DNA of 64,000 bases. It comes from Thermodesulfobacteriota bacterium (GTDB taxonomy: Bacteria; Desulfobacterota_D; UBA1144; Nemesobacterales; JAJCZQ01). A program made the translations under genes and the position numbers. The notes under the pieces are model-generated. The model did no database searches and was not told where the DNA came from. It saw only the letters and a program-made list of their open reading frames with translations. Positions 59,044 through 64,000 of this stretch are shown here, one piece after another (position 1 is the first letter of the stretch; the number at the start of each line of letters is the position of its first letter). Location: NCBI GenBank assembly GCA_965215275.1, contig OZ244044.1:1312001-1376000 (forward strand), read 5' to 3'.

Positions 59044-59808
59044 CTACAGAGCGTCCATCTTTTTCAGCTCTGAGACGAACTTGTCAGCCTGTCTCGTGGG
59101 TTCTGGAATTCGGTAGCCTGCTGAGCAGTCAAGCGTTAACTTTACGGCGGATCCAAGGTCGATCTTATTTCCGATAGAGACAAAGACCGGTTTTACGTTG
59201 TTCTTTGTCCTTACGGCTGCTCCGATAACTTCACTGTTCTTTTGGTTTTTCAACTTGCTCCAGCTTCCTTTTGACCTTTCCGGTTCCGTGTACTGTCCAA
59301 AGAGCCTCTTCTTTGCCACTCCAACGGCTGGAACGTCTAAAAAGACACCGACATGACAGGCTATTCCGAAAGATCTGGGATGTGCCAGGCCCTGCCCGTC
59401 TATCATGATCACGTCCGGTCTGTTCCTGAGCTTCTTGAAGGTCTCAATGATCGCCGGGGCTTCTCTGAAGGCCAGAAGTCCGGGAACGTAGGGAAACATC
59501 TCGTCAACAACGGAGTATGTCTTTTCTATGGCTTTCATATCTGGGTATGAAAATACGATTATTCCACAAAGGAGTTTCTTCTGCCGTTTAAGTATTGCAA
59601 GATCGGCTCCGGCAACGGTTCTGATCCTGTCATAAGAGTTTTTTCTTACGACCCTTTTGCACATTTCCCTCTGAAGCCTGAACGCTTCTTTTATTGAAAT
59701 TGTATCTTTGCAGCGTATATCCGCCGTTTCGCTTATTTTGGTTTTATTCACGATCAAGAATAATATAAGATAGTGGTATGGTGTAAATATAGTTAATGAA
59801 TTTTTCAT
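59044..59808 (-). CDS. nfi: endonuclease V
   Basis: VAGAD, FPYVPGLLAFRE, DGQGLAHPR.FGIACH, GVAK, YRIPEPTRQAD; true start probably further downstream. Confidence 0.95.
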   Translation of the reverse strand: MKNSLTIFTPYHYLILFLIVNKTKISETADIRCKDTISIKEAFRLQREMCKRVVRKNSYDRIRTVAGADLAILKRQKKLLCGIIVFSYPDMKAIEKTYSVVDEMFPYVPGLLAFREAPAIIETFKKLRNRPDVIMIDGQGLAHPRSFGIACHVGVFLDVPAVGVAKKRLFGQYTEPERSKGSWSKLKNQKNSEVIGAAVRTKNNVKPVFVSIGNKIDLGSAVKLTLDCSAGYRIPEPTRQADKFVSELKKMDAL

Positions 59809-59820
59809 GGATTAAAAAAT

Positions 59821-60693
59821 ATGTTCGGTAGCGGGTTCAGGAAGGAAAGAGTTCAGGTAAACGGCGTTGAGATCAATTTTGTTCACGGGGGGCATGGCAA
59901 ACCCCTGCTTCTGCTCCATGGTTATCCTCAGACCCATGTAATGTGGAGCGAGGTCGCACCAGGTCTTGCCTCGGATTTTTACCTGGTCTGCCCGGATATG
60001 AGAGGTTACGGGGACAGCTCAAAGCCAAAAGGGTTAACGGATCACTCAAACTACTCTAAAAGGGTTATGTCACAGGATATGGTCGAACTGATGGAGCAGC
60101 TGGGCTTTAACGGTTTTTATGCCGCTGGTCACGACAGAGGGGGCAGAGTACTTCACAGAATGTGTCTGGATCATCCGTCAAAGGTCAGTAAGGTGTGCGT
60201 TATGGACATAGCACCGACCCATCACATGTTTAAAGCGGCGGATAAGGAATTTGCCACTGGTTATTATCACTGGTTTTTCTTAATTCAGCCGGATGGATTA
60301 CCCGAGAAACTGATAAGTGAGGACCCGGAGTACTATCTGAGAGAGATCTTAAAGAGATGGAGCGGCAGAAAGAAGAGATTCAACCCGCGTGCGGTAAGTG
60401 AATATATAAGATGTTTCAGCGTTCCTGACTGCATTCATAGCTCCTGCGAGGATTACAGAGCAGCTGCAACGGTCGATCTGGAGCATGATGACAAGGACAT
60501 GGATAAGAAAATACTGTGTCCTCTTCTGGTACTCTGGGGCAATGAAGGATTTGTACACAGAAAATATGACGTGCTGGACACATGGAAACAGAGGTCGGTG
60601 AACGTAACGGGAAAAGCCCTAGACAGTGGTCATTTTCTTCCTGAGGAAAACCCTGAGGACGTTTTGTATGAACTGAAGGAGTTCTTTAAGTAG
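59821..60693 (+). CDS. alpha/beta hydrolase, haloacetate/fluoroacetate dehalogenase-like
   Basis: LLHGYPQTH, GHDRGGRV, YYHWFF, CEDYRA, SGHFLPEE. Confidence 0.85.
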   Translation: MFGSGFRKERVQVNGVEINFVHGGHGKPLLLLHGYPQTHVMWSEVAPGLASDFYLVCPDMRGYGDSSKPKGLTDHSNYSKRVMSQDMVELMEQLGFNGFYAAGHDRGGRVLHRMCLDHPSKVSKVCVMDIAPTHHMFKAADKEFATGYYHWFFLIQPDGLPEKLISEDPEYYLREILKRWSGRKKRFNPRAVSEYIRCFSVPDCIHSSCEDYRAAATVDLEHDDKDMDKKILCPLLVLWGNEGFVHRKYDVLDTWKQRSVNVTGKALDSGHFLPEENPEDVLYELKEFFK

Positions 60694-60846
60694 CGTAGCT
60701 GCTTTCTTTCCCGATACCTGCTTTACAGACCTGGTCTGCTTTGCAAACCTTGTGTAATTTGCCCGTTCCTTGATATTGACCTCAGATCAAGGATAATAAC
60801 CCCATTGTATAAGTGAAGCAGGTCGAAACTTTTACAAAATGCCGAT

Positions 60847-60925
60847 GGTGGGTGTAGCTCAGCCCGGTTAGAGCACCTGGTTGTGGCCCAGGAGGTCGCC
60901 GGTTCAAATCCGGTCATCCACCCCA
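60847..60925 (+). tRNA. tRNA-His(GUG)
   Basis: G-1 plus GTGGGTG...CATCCAC-C-CCA acceptor; anticodon arm CCTGG-TTGTGGC-CCAGG; GGTTCAAATCC T-loop. Confidence 0.96.
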
Positions 60926-60949
60926 TAAAAACATCGGTCTGAAAAAACC

Positions 60950-62050
60950 ATGGGATTCAAGTCAGGAATTGTTGGACTGCCTAACGTGGGTAAATCCACT
61001 CTTTTTAATGCTTTGACTGCCGCGGGTGCCGAGGCATCTAATTTTCCGTTCTGTACGATCGATCCGAACGTTGGCGTGGTAGCGGTTCCGGATGATAGGC
61101 TCAGAAGGATTTCCGATATTGTAAACCCGGGTAAGACCGTTCCGGCTTTTGTAGAGATCGTGGATATAGCAGGGCTTGTAAAAGGAGCTTCTGAAGGAAA
61201 AGGCAGAGGTAACGCGTTCCTTTCCCATATAAGGGAAGTTAACCTGATCCTTCACGTGGTAAGGTGCTTTAAAGATGATAATGTTATTCACGTGGACGGG
61301 TCGGTCGATGCAATTCGTGATATAAAAGTGATTCGGGATGAACTTGCCTTAAAGGATATTGAGACGATCGAAAAAAGAGAGGAGAAACTTCAGTCTCAGA
61401 TAAAGAGCGGAAGTAAGGAAGCTGTAAAAGAACTTGAACTGATCGGATCTCTGAGACAGTTTATTGAAAGCGGTGGAGACGCAAGAGGATTTCAGACGGA
61501 TGACGTCAAAAATGAGGTCTTGAAGGATATGTCCCTTTTAACCTCAAAGCCTGTTCTGTATGTCTGCAATGTGTCGGAAGATGAACTTCCGGATGCCACA
61601 GAGAACGAGCAGGTGGAAAGGGTCAGAGAGTTTGCAGACGGGACAGGTGATGAAGTTTTATTGATATGTGCAAGGATAGAATCCGAAATAGCTGAACTGG
61701 AAGGTGATGAGAGGAAAAAATTCGTTGCCGAGCTGGGACTTAAAGGGTCCGGGCTTGACAGATTAATACAGGCTGCTTACTCAAAGCTGGGACTGATAAC
61801 CTATTTCACCGCGGGTCCGAAAGAGGTCAGAGCCTGGACAATAACGGACGGGACTAAAGCACCTCAGTCGGCGGGTAAGATACATACTGATTTCGAAAGA
61901 GGCTTTATTCGTGCCGAGACGATAAGTTACGATGACTATATATCTTTCGGATCGGAGATGGCGGCAAAAGAGGCAGGCAGGATGAGGTCTGAAGGGAAAG
62001 ACTATGTGGTAAATGACGGAGATGTGCTTTTGTTCAGATTTAACGTTTAA
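60950..62050 (+). CDS. ychF: redox-regulated ATPase YchF
   Basis: GIVGLPNVGKSTLFNA, FCTIDPN, DIAGLV, IHTDFERGFIRAE, C-terminal FRFNV. Confidence 0.99.
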   Translation: MGFKSGIVGLPNVGKSTLFNALTAAGAEASNFPFCTIDPNVGVVAVPDDRLRRISDIVNPGKTVPAFVEIVDIAGLVKGASEGKGRGNAFLSHIREVNLILHVVRCFKDDNVIHVDGSVDAIRDIKVIRDELALKDIETIEKREEKLQSQIKSGSKEAVKELELIGSLRQFIESGGDARGFQTDDVKNEVLKDMSLLTSKPVLYVCNVSEDELPDATENEQVERVREFADGTGDEVLLICARIESEIAELEGDERKKFVAELGLKGSGLDRLIQAAYSKLGLITYFTAGPKEVRAWTITDGTKAPQSAGKIHTDFERGFIRAETISYDDYISFGSEMAAKEAGRMRSEGKDYVVNDGDVLLFRFNV

Positions 62051-62230
62051 AGAAGAAGTTGATAGGTATTTTAATGCACAAGATGTATTATTTACCTTGT
62101 TGGATGATTAATCTGTAAACGTAAAGAAGAAAGATAAAAACCCAAGAAATGATTAAAACGTCGGTACTAAAGTATATACCCAGCAAAAAATATAAGGAAC
62201 GTTATGTAAAATATAAAAAGGTGATTCGGT

Positions 62231-64000
62231 ATGAAAGATAGAGCAGAACCAAAATATAAGATGACCGTTGCGGGTCAGCTATTCAAGCATCTTGGATTGC
62301 AGATGTATTCTGGAGCAGTGCCTGCTATTGTTGAACTTATATCAAACGCCTACGATGCTATGGCAAAAAATGTGTGGATTGAGATTCCCGTCGGTCGGTC
62401 AATTAAGCCGAATGACGTGATAGAAGTGCGCGACGATGGCCACGGAATGAGTTTTGAAGAATGCAATAAATTATATTTGTCAGTTGGCAGGGACAGACGT
62501 TCAGATGAACAAGATTCGACCAGTTTTTACAAAGGCTTACCGGTTCGAAAGGTGCAAGGAAGAAAGGGAATTGGAAAACTTGCGGGATTTGGTATTGCTA
62601 ACGTTATCGAGGTTAAAACTATCAAGAGTGGCAAGGTCGCAAACTTTTCACTTGACTTTGAAGAACTGACTCGCAGTTCAAAATTTGCGGACGAGAACGG
62701 ATATTCTCCCAAAATTCTTTCGTGTGACGGTGGAGAAACAACTGAAGCTCCTGGAACTACTATTAAATTATCCGAATTAAAGATTTCAAAGGCCATAAAT
62801 GAAGATGATTTTAAGAAAAGCATCGCCCGGCGTCTGCTTGTTCTTGACGAGGATTTTACCGTCTCTGTTAATAAAACGGCAATTTCAAGGCAGGAAATTC
62901 CGTTTCAAGTCCGATTCCCGGAAACAAAGGGCGGATGGGAAACTTCCTCGTTAGAAAACGGAAAGGAAGTTCAATGGTGGGCAGGTTTCTGCGAAAAAAC
63001 AATTCCAAACGAAGAACAGCGGGGTTTTGTGGTTTACGTTAGAGGAAAATTAGCACAAACTCCTTGGTTTTTTGATCTAAGTGGTGGTGTTTGGGGACAG
63101 CATGGAATGCAATATCTTACGGGAGAAGTTAAAGCAGATTTTCTAGATGAAGACATAGATTTAATTGCCACGGATAGAGGGTCCGTTCGTTGGGAAGACC
63201 CCGTTGCCGTTTCCTTGAAAAAATGGGGACAGAAAAAAATTAAAGAACTGCTGGAATCTTGGACTGACAAGAGACGAGAGGAAAAAACTAAAAGTCAGAA
63301 AATATCAGCTTATTTGGAAAAAGCTGACAAACTACCAGATAGAGAGAGAAAAATTTTTAAGAAGGTCGTCGACCGAATTTGTGACATTCCTCAAATTGAT
63401 AAAGATAAAGAAGGTAAAGACATTGCAGATGACCTTGTTGAGTTTGTCTATAATGCACTGACTAACCGGAGTTTTCTTGAAACGATAAGAAAATTAAACG
63501 CAACCTCCACGGAAGACATCCAAGAATTAAATAAAGCTCTTTCTGAATGGGATATTTTAGAGTTGGTACATACTGCTAATCTTGTTGTAGGCAGGGTAGA
63601 GGTTATTCGTACATTTAAACAATTGATTAAAAGTAAGGCTAGAGAAAAGCCGGACATGCAAGACTATATTTGTAAATACCCATGGCTAATTGATCCGAAA
63701 TGGACTCTCCTTACACATGAACAACAGCTTGATACTATACTAAAGGAAGAATTTAATATAATGGAAACTAGTGGCGATGCAGGACGACAAAGACCTGATT
63801 TTTTTTGCATGGGCGATGGACTGAACACTGCTTACGTGGTGGAAGTTAAACGACCAGGCACATTAGTAGGGAAAGAGGAATTTAATCAACTCCAAGAGTA
63901 TGTTTTCTTTTTGCGAAGGCAACTTATTGATGAGGCAGATAGTAATAATAGAAGGACGACAGTTAAGGGATTGTTAATTGCGGATAGAATTAAACCAGAT
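62231..64000 (+). CDS. GHKL (MORC/HATPase_c_3-type) ATPase fused to a C-terminal PD-(D/E)XK nuclease; runs off right edge
   Basis: Not in the ORF track (no stop in the window). Manual translation: HLGLQMYS...ELISNAYDA...DDGHGM...GRKGIGKLA and, in the same frame at 63782, RQRPDFFCM...YVVEVKRPG. Confidence 0.88.
   Translation, partial: MKDRAEPKYKMTVAGQLFKHLGLQMYSGAVPAIVELISNAYDAMAKNVWIEIPVGRSIKPNDVIEVRDDGHGMSFEECNKLYLSVGRDRRSDEQDSTSFYKGLPVRKVQGRKGIGKLAGFGIANVIEVKTIKSGKVANFSLDFEELTRSSKFADENGYSPKILSCDGGETTEAPGTTIKLSELKISKAINEDDFKKSIARRLLVLDEDFTVSVNKTAISRQEIPFQVRFPETKGGWETSSLENGKEVQWWAGFCEKTIPNEEQRGFVVYVRGKLAQTPWFFDLSGGVWGQHGMQYLTGEVKADFLDEDIDLIATDRGSVRWEDPVAVSLKKWGQKKIKELLESWTDKRREEKTKSQKISAYLEKADKLPDRERKIFKKVVDRICDIPQIDKDKEGKDIADDLVEFVYNALTNRSFLETIRKLNATSTEDIQELNKALSEWDILELVHTANLVVGRVEVIRTFKQLIKSKAREKPDMQDYICKYPWLIDPKWTLLTHEQQLDTILKEEFNIMETSGDAGRQRPDFFCMGDGLNTAYVVEVKRPGTLVGKEEFNQLQEYVFFLRRQLIDEADSNNRRTTVKGLLIADRIKPD

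Noticed and set aside
60723..60926. Short ORFs over the tRNA genes (60723-60926 and 33216-33529)
   Set aside because: They are antisense translations of tRNA-His and tRNA-Gln
1..64000. CRISPR array, cas genes, rRNA, prophage structural genes
   Set aside because: No regularly spaced short repeats or recognisable motifs seen

Overview
Bacterial chromosome segment. The split atp operon (atpF'-atpF-atpH-atpA), GatCAB, GshA/GshB, a porin and GGGGC-type C-terminal sorting tails suggest a diderm, deltaproteobacteria-like organism, possibly Ca. Dadabacteria; this is inference only. The housekeeping backbone comprises atp genes, gshA, mgtE, recO, argJ, lon, dnaE, pcrA, tRNA-Gln, gatCA, gshB, dnaB, apbE, ispH, ddl, mltD, gatB, carA, nfi, tRNA-His and ychF. 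AT-rich accessory blocks interrupt it: (1) about 4.9-10.0 kb, a type I CBASS (CdnE-like cyclase + Cap15-like effector) next to a deleted IS1595-family element whose inverted repeats enclose an N4-C methyltransferase and a putative restriction endonuclease; (2) 18.2-23.9 kb, a five-gene cassette (radical SAM, ParB-like, PD-(D/E)XK nuclease, SNF2 helicase, second ParB-like) that I cannot match to any named system and rank as the best candidate for an undescribed defence or DNA-modification system; (3) a NERD-domain gene; (4) a GHKL-ATPase/nuclease fusion running off the right edge. Three dispersed kexin-like S8 paralogues are also present. One is catalytically intact. The other two have lost the catalytic His, differ in discrete loops and carry poly-C tracts in their signal-peptide coding regions, one in frame and one out of frame, suggesting phase variation. 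Tandem OGG2-type glycosylases occur, the second lacking the catalytic Lys. All calls come from reading motifs by eye; no database searches were run.
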